Positions 9,269 through 19,676 of a stretch of 20,553 bases of DNA are shown piece after piece. The stretch is from Macrostomum lignano (lineage: Eukaryota), in the NCBI GenBank assembly GCA_002269645.1, contig NIVC01005221.1, forward strand, positions 1-20,553. The letters are read 5' to 3'. The position numbers and the translations under genes were made by a program. Position 1 is the stretch's first letter; each line of letters starts with the position of its first letter. Under the pieces are notes generated by a model. It made no database searches. It was not told the DNA's origin and was given only the letters and a program-made list of their open reading frames with translations.

Positions 9269-9294
9269 CTCCTCCGAAGGAGGAGTTCCACTCG
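9269..9294 (+). other. 3' subterminal hairpin and end, long-class allele (CTCCTCC-GAA-GGAGGAG-TTCCA-CTCG)
   Basis: Perfect 7-bp stem, GAA loop. Same allele at 5832-5856 (end collapsed), 12008-12033, 14771-14796, 18746-18771. Confidence 0.8.
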
Positions 9295-10657
9295 TATATA
9301 CTAAAGTTGACGTGTTGTTTGTCTGTCTGTCTGTGTGTGTGTGTGTGTGTCATTTCGACAACTCCTCCTTGAATAGTGGCAACTCAGCGTTGAAACTTAT
9401 ATGGGAAGATTGGAAATTATCCGAGGTCGGCTATAGGCTATTTTAATTCTGAAATTTTAATTTAAAGATCCTCAAAAAAGCAGAAAACGGCGGTCTTGAC
9501 CTTTGATAATCTTAATTGTCCCCTCTTTCTGCTTGGAGCTGAAAATTTGCATGAATTTCAAGTGATTGCGCCACAACTTTTCCCTATCTCTGCAGTGTAT
9601 TTTCTCTCCAGTGGGGGGATGGGGCGTTCTAAATGGCTGCCTGTGTACAATCGGACCCTGGCTCACTGGCTGACTGTATAGATAATTGCGCAATGATATG
9701 CTACTGATAAGTTTTCCTGCCTCTCAATGGGCAGCCCTGTGTATTTGTTGGACATTTAAATTAGCAGGCAGTGAACGTACAATCGATATTTCAATGCTTT
9801 AAATCAGAAAGTTTCAAACGCAAACTGTTGCTCGAGTTTTTAACTTTGAGAGAAAAAATTTATATTGCTGGAAAGAACTTGCAAAGCTGATTTCAGGGAT
9901 ATAAATTGTTTGCTTTAAATATGAAAACTAAAAGCTCTGCATTGCAAAAACTATTTCCATACTTTAAACTTTCTGCAAAGATTGTACTCATTTTAGGATT
10001 TCAATGGCGTTCGACCGACCCCCCAACAGTTAGGAGGTCGGTCGGTGTGTATTTGAGGGTTGATTTAGATTGCGCCATCTGTTTGTTAACTTTAACTGAA
10101 ACAGATACTGACTAACACAGAAATATATTGCACAATCAACTGATTCAATTGGTTCATTTTTTATTATCAGCCCTGTGTATTAGTTTGGCAGTGAAATTCA
10201 ATGAATAAACTTGCGAGCTTCTCTAGCAAGTAGTCGGGAAATTGGTAAATTTCAAACGCTAACTGTTCCTCGAGTTTTAAACTTTCAGAGGAGAAACTTA
10301 TATTGCTGGAAAGATCTTGCAACGCTGAGTTCGGGGATATAAATTGTTAGCTTTTAATATAAAGACTAAAAGAGCAGCATCAAAAAAACTATTTCCATAC
10401 TTTTAGCTTTATGCAAAGATTGTACTCATTTTTTGGTTCAATGCCCCCAACAGATGTGGGTTCAATTTCTAACTGCCACAGCGTATTGAAAAGGGGTCGG
10501 TCTCTGTGTACTGGAGGGTTGATTTAAATTGCGCAATCTTTTGGTTAAATTTAACTGAGACTGATACTGACTGACTGTGAAATCGGTTGCGCAATGAATT
10601 GATTCAATTAGTTCAATAATTTTATCAGTGCCTTTTAACACGAAGCTGTGCATAGTT

Positions 10658-10699
10658 CTAACCCTAACCCTAACCCTAACCCTAACCCTAACCCTAACC
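10658..10699 (-). repeat. Telomere-type tract, 7 x CTAACC, U7
   Basis: Longest tract; produces the VRVRVR run in ORF 10462-10701. Confidence 0.95.
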
Positions 10700-11027
10700 A
10701 ATGAATCCGGAGAGTTGAGTTGTTTGACGGAAAAAATTCGATTGAGTCCAGTTTAGCGGAGACGATTTCAATGTTTTAATTTTGACGGAGAGGATTTCTG
10801 TTTCGTGGAGAGGATTTCGATGGTGTTCAGTTTCACGGAGAGGATTTCTGTTTCGCAGAGATAATTTATGACTGATTTCTGTTTTATGGAGACGATTTTG
10901 ATGGATTTAAGTTTCAAGGAGAGGATTTCGAAGGAGTCCAGTTTCACGGAGAGGATTTCGATGGTTTTCAGTTGCACCGACAGGATTTTTCTGCTACGCG
11001 GAGAGCATTTGGCATCTTCAATCAGTC

Positions 11028-11873
11028 AGAGAAAAGAGTAAAGAGAAGAATGAAAAGAGAAGAGAGATGAGATGATAGAAAACAGAGTAGAAATGAGTGG
11101 AGAGATTAGACATGACAGATAGGATAGAAGAGGGGAGTAAGGCGGGAACGAAGTAGAGAGAAGAGAAGAGGAGAGAGGAGATGAGAGGGGAGATATGAGA
11201 TAGCAAAGGGAGACAAGAGAGATGATAGGAGAGAGAATAGAGATGTGAGATAAGAGCGTACAGAGGAAATAGAAGAGAGGGAGAGTAGAAGGGAAAGAAA
11301 GAGTCAGATGAGGGATGAGAGATGAGAGAGGAGGGGAGAGAGAAGAGAGGAAAAAAGAGGGGAGAAATGAGACAAGAGAGAGTAGAGACGAAAGACCAGG
11401 GAGAAGATATAAATAAGGTAGTAGAGATGAGAAGAGAGAGAGGAGAGAGAGAAGCGAGAGGAGAAGAGAGAGAGGAGAGGGAAAAGAGATGAAAGATCAG
11501 AGATAAGAGAGTTAAGAGAGGAAAGTAGTGAGGAGAAGAGAGATGAGAGATGCTATGAGAAAAGAGATGAGTGAGAACATAAGAGAAAAGAGATTAGAGT
11601 ATAGAGAAGAGAGGGGATAAGATGAAAGGAGAAAGGAGAGGAGAGAAGAGGGAGAGATAAGAGAGAAGAGAGGAGACAGGAGACAGAAGTGAAGAGGAGA
11701 GACATGAGAGAAGAGAGGAGACAAGAGACAGGAGAAGGTACAGACGAAAGACGAGGGAGAAGAGATAAATAAGGGAGTAGGGGTAGAGATGAAATGAGAG
11801 AGAGGAGAGAGAAGAGAGTCACGATCACGATAATAGCGAACAGAGGAGAGAGGAGATATGAGAGACGTGAGAG
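11028..11873 (+). repeat. Polypurine block, U7
   Basis: Same anchors, different module content. Confidence 0.95.
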
Positions 11874-12959
11874 TCTTTGAGCTATGTTCTTTGAAAGGTT
11901 TTGTAAAGAATTTGGAGACGATTTGGAAGATAGGGTTCAAGACATGAAATTTCAGTTGATGGATATTTCAGGGAATGGAATTCCGGTGATGGGAGTTCTT
12001 CCCCTTTCTCCTCCGAAGGAGGAGTTCCACTCGTATATACTAAAGTTGACGTGTTGTTTGTCTGTCTGTCTGTCTGTCATTTCGACAACTCCTCCTTGAA
12101 TAGTGCCAACTCAGCGTTGAAACTTATATGGGAAGATTGGAAATTATCCGAGGTCGGCTATAGGCTATTTTAATTCTGAAATTTTAATTTCTAATCCTCA
12201 AAAAAGCAGAAAACGGCGGTCTTGACCTTTGATAATCTTAATTGTCCCCTCTTTCTGCTTGGAGCTGAAAATTTGCATGAATTTCAAGTGATTGCGCCAC
12301 AACTTTTCCCTATCTCTGCAGTGTATTTTCTCTCCAGTGGGGGGATGGGGCGTTCTAAATGGCTGCCTGTGTACAATCGGACCCTGGCTCACTGGCTGAC
12401 TGTATAGACAATTGCGCAAAGATTTGTGTTCTAATTTTCAATAGGCAGCCCTGTGATTTTGTTGAACCTTGAAATTCAATGCATAAACTTGCGGGCCTCT
12501 TTAGCAGGCAGTGAACGTACAATCGATATTTCAATGCTTTAAATCAGAAAGTTTCAAACGCAAACTGTTGCTCGAGTTTTTAACTTTGAGAGAAAAAATT
12601 TATATTGCTGGAAAGAACTTGCAAAGCTGATTTCAGGGATATAAATTGTTTGCTTCAAATATGAAAACTAAAAGCTCTGCATTGCAAAAACTATTTCCAT
12701 ACTTTAAACTTTCTGCAAAGATTGTACTCATTTTGGCGAGAGGTGAGAGATAAAGTTGGGGGTTTCGACTTCCAACTGGCGCTGTGTATAGGAAGGGGGT
12801 CAGTTGCTTTGTATTGGAGGGTTGATTTAGATTGCGCAATGTTTTTGTTAACTTTAACTGAGACTGATACTGACTGACTGTGAAATCGGTTGCGCAATGA
12901 ATTGATTCAATTAGTTCAATAGTTTATCAGTGCCTTTTAACACGAAGCTGTGCGTAGTT

Positions 12960-12983
12960 CTAACCCTAACCCTAACCCTAACC
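12960..12983 (-). repeat. Telomere-type tract, 4 x CTAACC, U8
   Basis: Direct reading. Confidence 0.95.
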
Positions 12984-13009
12984 AATGAATCCGGAGAGTT
13001 GAGTTGTTT

Positions 13010-13498
13010 GACGGAAAAAATTGATTGAGTCCAGTTTAGCGGAGACGATTTCAATGTTTTAATTTTGACAAAGAGGATTTCTGTTTCGTGGAGAGGATTT
13101 CGATGGTGCTCAGTTTCACGGAGAGGATTTTGATGATGTTCAGCTTCACGGAGAGGATTTCTGTTTCGCGGAGTTAAATTTATGATTGATTTCTGCTTTA
13201 TGGAGACGATTTTGATAGATTTAAGTTTCAAGGAGAGGATTTCGAAGGTGTTCAGTTTCACGGAGAGGATTTCGAAGGTGTTCAGTTTCACGGAGAGGAT
13301 TTCGATGATGTTCAGCTTCACGGAGAGGATTTCTGTTTCGCGGAGATAATTTATGATTGATTTCTGTTTTATGGAGACGATTTTGATGGATTTAAGTTTC
13401 AAGGAGAGGATTTCGAAGGAGTCCAGTTTCACGGAGAGGATTTCGATGGTTTTCAGTTGCACGGACAGGATTTCTGCTTCGCGGAGAGGATCTTGATG
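13010..13498 (+). repeat. Most expanded ~30-bp minisatellite, U8
   Basis: Exact 30-bp tandem at 13246-13305 and a duplicated ~113-bp block at ~13136-13248 and ~13308-13420. Confidence 0.9.
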
Positions 13499-13520
13499 GA
13501 TTTGGCATCTTCAATCAGTC

Positions 13521-14636
13521 AGAGAAGAGAGTAAAGAGAAGAATGAAAAGAGAAGAGAGATGAGATGATAGAAAACAGAGTAGAAATGAGTGGAGAGATT
13601 AGACATGACAGATGGGAGAGAAGAGGAAAGTAAGGCGGGAACGAAGGAGAGAGAAGAGAAGAGGAGAGAGGAGATGAAGGAGAGGATATGAGAGAGGAGA
13701 TATGAGATTGCAGAGAGGAGACAGGATGGAGAAGAAAGGAGGGACAAGAGCGTACAGAGGCAATAGAAGAGAGGAAAGAGAGGAGAGAGGTGAGAGGTGA
13801 GAGGAGAGAGATGAAAGATCAGAGATCAGAGATTTAAGAGAAGAAAGTAGTGAGGAGAAAGAAGAGGGTAAAGATGAGAGTGCAGAGAGGAGAGAAACGA
13901 GAGGAGACAGGTGGTAGAAAGGAGTGTAAAAACAGCAGATAAGAAAGGGGAGGGTGAGAGTGAGAGCATATAGGAAAGTGTAAAAGGGGAGCAGAGGAGA
14001 GAGAATATATAAGTGAGTAGAGAAGAGATATGAGAGAGGAAAGACGAGGGGAGAGAGGAGACAGGAGAGAGTAAATTTGAAAGACCTGGGAGAAGAGATA
14101 AAAAAGATAGTACAGATGAGAGGAGAGAGAGAGAGGAGAGATGAGAGATGCAATGAGAAAAGAGATGAGTGAGAAAATAAGAGAGAGAAGAGATTAGAGA
14201 TTAGAGAAGAGATGAGGGGAGATGAGAGTAGAGAAGAGAGAATGGAGAGGAGAGAAAAGAGAAGAGAGGAGACAGGTGATGCAGTAGAAAGGAGGGAAGA
14301 AAGATGGGAGATAAGAAAGGAGAGGGTGAGAGCGTATAAGAGATACGAGAAATGAGAGCAGAGAGAAGAGAGAAAAAAGAAGAGAGAAAGTAGAGCGGAG
14401 ACGATAGATAAGTGATTAGAGATTAGATATGAGAGAGGAGAGAAAAGGGGAGAGATAAGATAGAAGATAGGAGAGTAGACAGGATAGGGTACAGACGAAA
14501 GACGAGGGAGAAGAGATAAATAAGGGAGTAGAGATAAATAAGAGAGTAGGGGTAGAGATGAGATGAGAGAGAGGAGAGAGAAGCGAGTCACGATAATAGC
14601 GAAGAGAGGAGAGAGTAGATATGAGAGACGTAAGAG
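13521..14636 (+). repeat. Polypurine block, U8
   Basis: Same anchors; ~1.1 kb. Confidence 0.95.
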
Positions 14637-14796
14637 TCTTTGAGCTATGGTCTTTGAAAGATTTTGTAAAGAATTTGGAGACGATTTGGAAGATAGGGTT
14701 AAAGACATGGAATTTCAGTTGATGGATATTTCAGGGAATAGAATTCCGGTGATGGGAGTTCTTCCCCTTTCTCCTCCGAAGGAGGAGTTCCACTCG

Positions 14797-16032
14797 TCTC
14801 TCTTAATACTAAAGTTGGTGCGTTGTTTGTTTGTTTGTTTGTCTGTTTGTTTGTAGGATATCTCCTCCTAGACTACGTGCAACTCAGCGTTGAAACTTAT
14901 ATGGGAATACTGCAAATTTTCCGGAATCGGCTTTAGGCTGTTTTAATCTTTCATTTTTTAATTTTAAGATCCCTAAAAAAGCAGAAATCTGATTTCCTAA
15001 CCTTCTCTGGACACTTTTTCTGCTCGGAGCTGAAAATTGGCATAAATTTTGAGTGATTACGCCACAACTTTTTCCTATGTCGCCAGTGCATTTTCTCTCC
15101 TGTGGGGGAATGGGCGCGTTCTCATTGGCGGCGTGTGTACAATCGGACCCTGGCTCACTGGCTGACTTTATAGACAATTGCGCAACTATTTGTGTTCTGT
15201 TTTTTAACAGGAAGCCCTGTGTATTTTTTGCACAGTGAAATTCAGTGCATTTTAATGCATAAACTCGCGAGCATCTTTAGCAGGCAGTGAAGGTACACTC
15301 GATATTTCAATGCTTAAAATCAGAAAGTTTCAAACGCTAACTGTTGCTCGATTTTTTAACTTTGAGAGACGAGACTTTTATTGCTGGAAAGAGCTTGCAG
15401 CGCTGAGTTCGGGGATATAAGTTTTTTGCTTTAAATATGAAAATTAAATTCACAGCATTCAAGAAAAGATTTTCATACTTTTAGCTTTCTGCAAAGATTG
15501 TTCTCATTTTGGAGTTCAATGGGGGTTCGACCGACCCCCCAATAGTTGGTGGGGGGGGGTTCAATTTCTAGCTGCACTGCGTATTGGAAGGGGGGTCGGT
15601 TGCTGTGTATTGGAGGGTTGATTTAGATTGCGCAATCTTTGTGTTAACTTTAACTGAGGCTGATACTGACTGCCTGAGAAATAAGTTGCGCAATTTAATT
15701 GGTTCAATGTTTTTACGGCGCCTTTCAACACGCAGCTGTGTGTAGCTCTAACCCTAACCCTAACCCTAACCAATGAATTCTGAGAGCTAGGCTGTTTGAC
15801 GTAGAAATTTCGATTTAGTCCAGTTTCACGGAGAGGATTTCTATTTCGCGGAGAATATTTCGATGGTGTTCAGTTTCACGGAGAGGATTTCGATAGTGTT
15901 CAGTTTCACGGAGACGATTTCTGTTGCGCGGAGAGGTGTTGGAAAATGGGATTCCGCTGATGGAGTTCAGGGAATGGAATTCCGCTGATTGGAGTTCTTC
16001 CCCTTTCTTCTCCGAAGGAGGAGTTGGCCTCG
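14797..16032 (+). mobile_element. U9, short unit (1236 bp), near-identical to U1
   Basis: Starts TCTCTCTTAATACTAAAG; ORF 15561-15773 translates identically to U1 ORF 842-1054; hairpin 16007-16023; end TTGGCCTCG. Confidence 0.75.
15748..15771 (-). repeat. Telomere-type tract, 4 x CTAACC, U9
   Basis: Direct reading. Confidence 0.95.
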
Positions 16033-16964
16033 TATATACTAAAGTTGACGCGTTGTTTGTCTGTCTGTCTGTGTGTCTGTCTGTCATTTCGACAACTCCT
16101 CCTTGAATAGTGCAACTCAGCGTTGAAACTTATATGGGAAGATTGGAAATTATCCGAGGTCGGCTATAGGCTATTTTAATTCTGAAATTTTAATTTCTAA
16201 GATCCTCAAAAAAGCAGAAAACGGCGGTCTTGACCTTTGATAATCTTAATTGTCCCCTCTTTCTGCTTGGAGCTGAAAATTTGCATGAATTTCAAGTGAT
16301 TGCGCCACAACTTTTCTATCTCTGCAGTGTATTTTCTCTCCAGTGGGGGGATGGGGCGTTCTAAATGGCTGCCTGTGTACAATCGGACCCTGGCTCACTG
16401 GCTGACTGTATAGACAATTGCGCAAAGATTTGTGTTCTAATTTTCAATAGGCAGCCCTGTGATTTTGTTGAACCTTGAAATTCAATGCATAAACTTGCGG
16501 GCCTCTTTAGCAGGCAGTGAACGTACAATCGATATTTCAATGCTTTAAATCAGAAAGTTTCAAACGCAAACTGTTGCTCGAGTTTTTAACTTTGAGAGAA
16601 AAAATTATATTGCTGGAAAGAACTTGCAAAGCTGATTTCAGGGATATAAATTGTTTGCTTTAAATATGAAAAGAAAAAGCACAGCATTGAAAAAACTATT
16701 TCCATACTTTAAACTTTCTGCAAAGATTGTACTCATTTTGGCGAGAGGTGAGAGATAAAGTTGGGGGTTTCGACTTCCAACTGGCGCTGTGTATAGGAAG
16801 GGGGTCAGTTGCTTTGTATTGGAGGGTTGATTTAGATTGCGCAATGTTTTTGTTAACTTTAACTGAGACTGATACTGACTGACTGTGAAATCGGTTGCGC
16901 AATGAATTGATTCAATTAGTTCAATAGTTTATCAGTGCCTTTTAACACGAAGCTGTGCGTAGTT

Positions 16965-16988
16965 CTAACCCTAACCCTAACCCTAACC
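16965..16988 (-). repeat. Telomere-type tract, 4 x CTAACC, U10
   Basis: Direct reading. Confidence 0.95.
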
Positions 16989-17017
16989 AATGAATCCGGA
17001 GAGTTGAGTTGTTTGAC

Positions 17018-17470
17018 GGAAAAAATTGATTGAGTCCAGTTTAGCGGAGACGATTTCAATGTTTTAATTTTGACAAAGAGGATTTCTGTTTCGTGGAGAG
17101 GATTTCGATGGTGCTCAGTTTCACGGAGAGGATTTTGATGATGTTCAGCTTCACGGAGAGGATTTCTGTTTCGCGGAGTTAAATTTATGATTGATTTCTG
17201 CTTTATGGAGACGATTTTGATAGATTTAAGTTTCAAGGAGAGGATTTCGAAGGTGTTCAGTTTCACGGAGAGGATTTCGATGATGTTCAGCTTCACGGAG
17301 AGGATTTCTGTTTCGCGGAGATAATTTATGATTGATTTCTGTTTTATGGAGACGATTTTGATGGATTTAAGTTTCAAGGAGAGGATTTCGAAGGAGTCCA
17401 GTTTCACGGAGAGGATTTCGATGGTTTTCAGTTGCACGGACAGGATTTCTGCTTCGCGGAGAGGATCTTG
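17018..17470 (+). repeat. Expanded ~30-bp minisatellite, U10, one 30-mer shorter than U8
   Basis: ORF 16916-17437 (173 aa) equals ORF 12911-13462 (183 aa) minus one 10-aa repeat. Confidence 0.9.
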
Positions 17471-17495
17471 ATGGATTTGGCATCTTCAATCAGTC

Positions 17496-18611
17496 AGAGA
17501 AGAGAGTAAAGAGAAGAATGAAAAGAGAAGAGAGATGAGATGATAGAAAACAGAGTAGAAATGAGTGGAGAGATTAGACATGACAGATGGGAGAGAAGAG
17601 GAAAGTAAGGCGGGAACGAAGGAGAGAGAAGAGAAGAGGAGAGAGGAGATGAAGGAGAGGATATGAGAGAGGAGATATGAGATTGCAGAGAGGAGACAGG
17701 ATGGAGAAGAAAGGAGGGACAAGAGCGTACAGAGGCAATAGAAGAGAGGAAAGAGAGGAGAGAGGTGAGAGGTGAGAGGAGAGAGATGAAAGATCAGAGA
17801 TCAGAGATTTAAGAGAAGAAAGTAGTGAGGAGAAAGAAGAGGGTAAAGATGAGAGTGCAGAGAGGAGAGAAACGAGAGGAGACAGGTGGTAGAAAGGAGT
17901 GTAAAAACAGCAGATAAGAAAGGGGAGGGTGAGAGTGAGAGCATATAGGAAAGTGTAAAAGGGGAGCAGAGGAGAGAGAATATATAAGTGAGTAGAGAAG
18001 AGATATGAGAGAGGAAAGACGAGGGGAGAGAGGAGACAGGAGAGAGTAAATTTGAAAGACCTGGGAGAAGAGATAAAAAAGATAGTACAGATGAGAGGAG
18101 AGAGAGAGAGGAGAGATGAGAGATGCAATGAGAAAAGAGATGAGTGAGAAAATAAGAGAGAGAAGAGATTAGAGATTAGAGAAGAGATGAGGGGAGATGA
18201 GAGTAGAGAAGAGAGAATGGAGAGGAGAGAAAAGAGAAGAGAGGAGACAGGTGATGCAGTAGAAAGGAGGGAAGAAAGATGGGAGATAAGAAAGGAGAGG
18301 GTGAGAGCGTATAAGAGATACGAGAAATGAGAGCAGAGAGAAGAGAGAAAAAAGAAGAGAGAAAGTAGAGCGGAGACGATAGATAAGTGATTAGAGATTA
18401 GATATGAGAGAGGAGAGAAAAGGGGAGAGATAAGATAGAAGATAGGAGAGTAGACAGGATAGGGTACAGACGAAAGACGAGGGAGAAGAGATAAATAAGG
18501 GAGTAGAGATAAATAAGAGAGTAGGGGTAGAGATGAGATGAGAGAGAGGAGAGAGAAGCGAGTCACGATAATAGCGAAGAGAGGAGAGAGTAGATATGAG
18601 AGACGTAAGAG
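17496..18611 (+). repeat. Polypurine block, U10, apparently identical to U8
   Basis: Identical 369-aa antisense translation and equal length. Confidence 0.95.
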
Positions 18612-19649
18612 TCTTTGAGCTATGGTCTTTGAAAGATTTTGTAAAGAATTTGGAGACGATTTGGAAGATAGGGTTAAAGACATGGAATTTCAGTTGATGG
18701 ATATTTCAGGGAATAGAATTCCGGTGATGGGAGTTCTTCCCCTTTCTCCTCCGAAGGAGGAGTTCCACTCGTATATACTAAAGTTGACGTGTTGTTTGTC
18801 TGTCTGTCTGTGTGTGTGTGTGTCATTTCGACAACTCCTCCTTGAATAGTGGCAACTCAGCGTTGAAACTTATATGGGAAGATTGGAAATTATCCGAGGT
18901 CGGCTATAGGCTATTTTAATTCTGAAATTTTAATTTCTAAGATCCTCAAAAAAGCAGAAAACGGCGGTCTTGACCTTTGATAATCTTAATTGTCCCCTCT
19001 TTCTGCTTGGAGCTGAAAATTTGCATGAATTTCAAGTGATTGCGCCACAACTTTTCCCTATCTCTGCAGTGTATTTTCTCTCCAGTGGGGATGGGGCGTT
19101 CTAAATGGCTGCATGTGTACAATCGGACCCTGGCTCACTGGCTGACTTATAGACAATTGCGCAAAGATTTGTGTTCTAATTTTCAATAGGCAGCCTGTGA
19201 TTTTGTTGAACCTTGAAATTCAATGCATAAACTTGCGGGCCTCTTTAGCAGGCAGTGAACGTACAATCGATATTTCAATGCTTAAATCAGAAAGTTTCAA
19301 ACGCAAACTGTTGCTCGAGTTTTTAACTTTGAGAGAAAAAATTATATTGCTGGAAAGAACTTGCAAAGCTGATTCAGGGATATAAATTGTTTGCTTTAAA
19401 TATGAAAAAAAAGCAAGCATTGAAAAAACTATTTCCATACTTTTAAACTTTCTGCAAAATTGTACTCAGTTTTGCGAGACGTAATAGATAAAGTTGGGGT
19501 TCAACTTCCACTGCGCTGTGTATAGGAGGGGGTTCAGTTGTTTGTATTGGAGGGTTGATTTAGATTGCGCAATGTTTTTGTTAACTTTAACTGAGACTGA
19601 ATTAGTTCAATATTTTATCTGTGCCTTTTAACACGAAGCTGTGCGTAGT

Positions 19650-19676
19650 CTAACCTAACCCTAAACCCTAACCTAA
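19650..19676 (-). repeat. Indel-degraded telomere-type tract, U11
   Basis: ctaacctaaccctaaaccctaacctaa. Confidence 0.8.

Larger units (their letters stand above)
7090..9294 (+). mobile_element. U6, long unit (2205 bp)
   Basis: Starts TCTATATATACTAAAG; perfect hairpin 9269-9285; end TTCCACTCG. Confidence 0.75.
9295..12033 (+). mobile_element. U7, long unit (2739 bp) with an internal ~440-bp core duplication
   Basis: Starts TATATACTAAAG; core segment beginning CAGCCCTGTGTAT occurs at 9732 and again at 10168; hairpin 12008-12024; end TTCCACTCG. Confidence 0.75.
12034..14796 (+). mobile_element. U8, long unit (2763 bp) with expanded minisatellite
   Basis: Starts TATATACTAAAG; hairpin 14771-14787; end TTCCACTCG. 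Confidence 0.75.
16033..18771 (+). mobile_element. U10, long unit (2739 bp), near-identical to U8
   Basis: 369-aa spurious ORF identical to that of U8 (offset 3975 bp); hairpin 18746-18762; end TTCCACTCG. Confidence 0.75.

Noticed and set aside
9269-9370. Alternative phasing with the hairpin as the 5' end (DINE-1/HINE-style stem-loop before the microsatellite)
   Set aside because: The array's left edge (84) and the U2/U3 junction (2371) both start at the head without a preceding hairpin, and no matching subterminal repeat lies upstream of the hairpin. Not fully excluded until solo copies are examined.
9145-9372. Plus-strand ORF MVFERFCKEFGDDLEDRVKDMEFQLMDISG... recurring in long tails, a possible captured gene fragment
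   Set aside because: Visible differences among copies are largely non-synonymous (K/Q, E/K, R/G, G/E), U4 has a +1 frameshift in an A run, and the ORF crosses the unit junction into the next microsatellite. A BLASTX of 9134-9270 would settle it.
12911-13462. 183-aa ORF with EILSVKLNT-like 10-aa repeats (also 16916-17437, 10768-10977)
   Set aside because: Direct translation of the 30-bp minisatellite running into VRVR from the telomeric tract; not kept open in other units.
13599-14708. 369-aa minus-strand ORF (also 17574-18683, 8496-9206, 4788-5729 set, 11512-11940) rich in L/S/P/F, superficially membrane-protein-like
   Set aside because: It is the antisense of the polypurine block; a C/T-rich strand rarely forms stop codons and encodes L, S, P and F by default. 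Homologous blocks use different frames and lengths.
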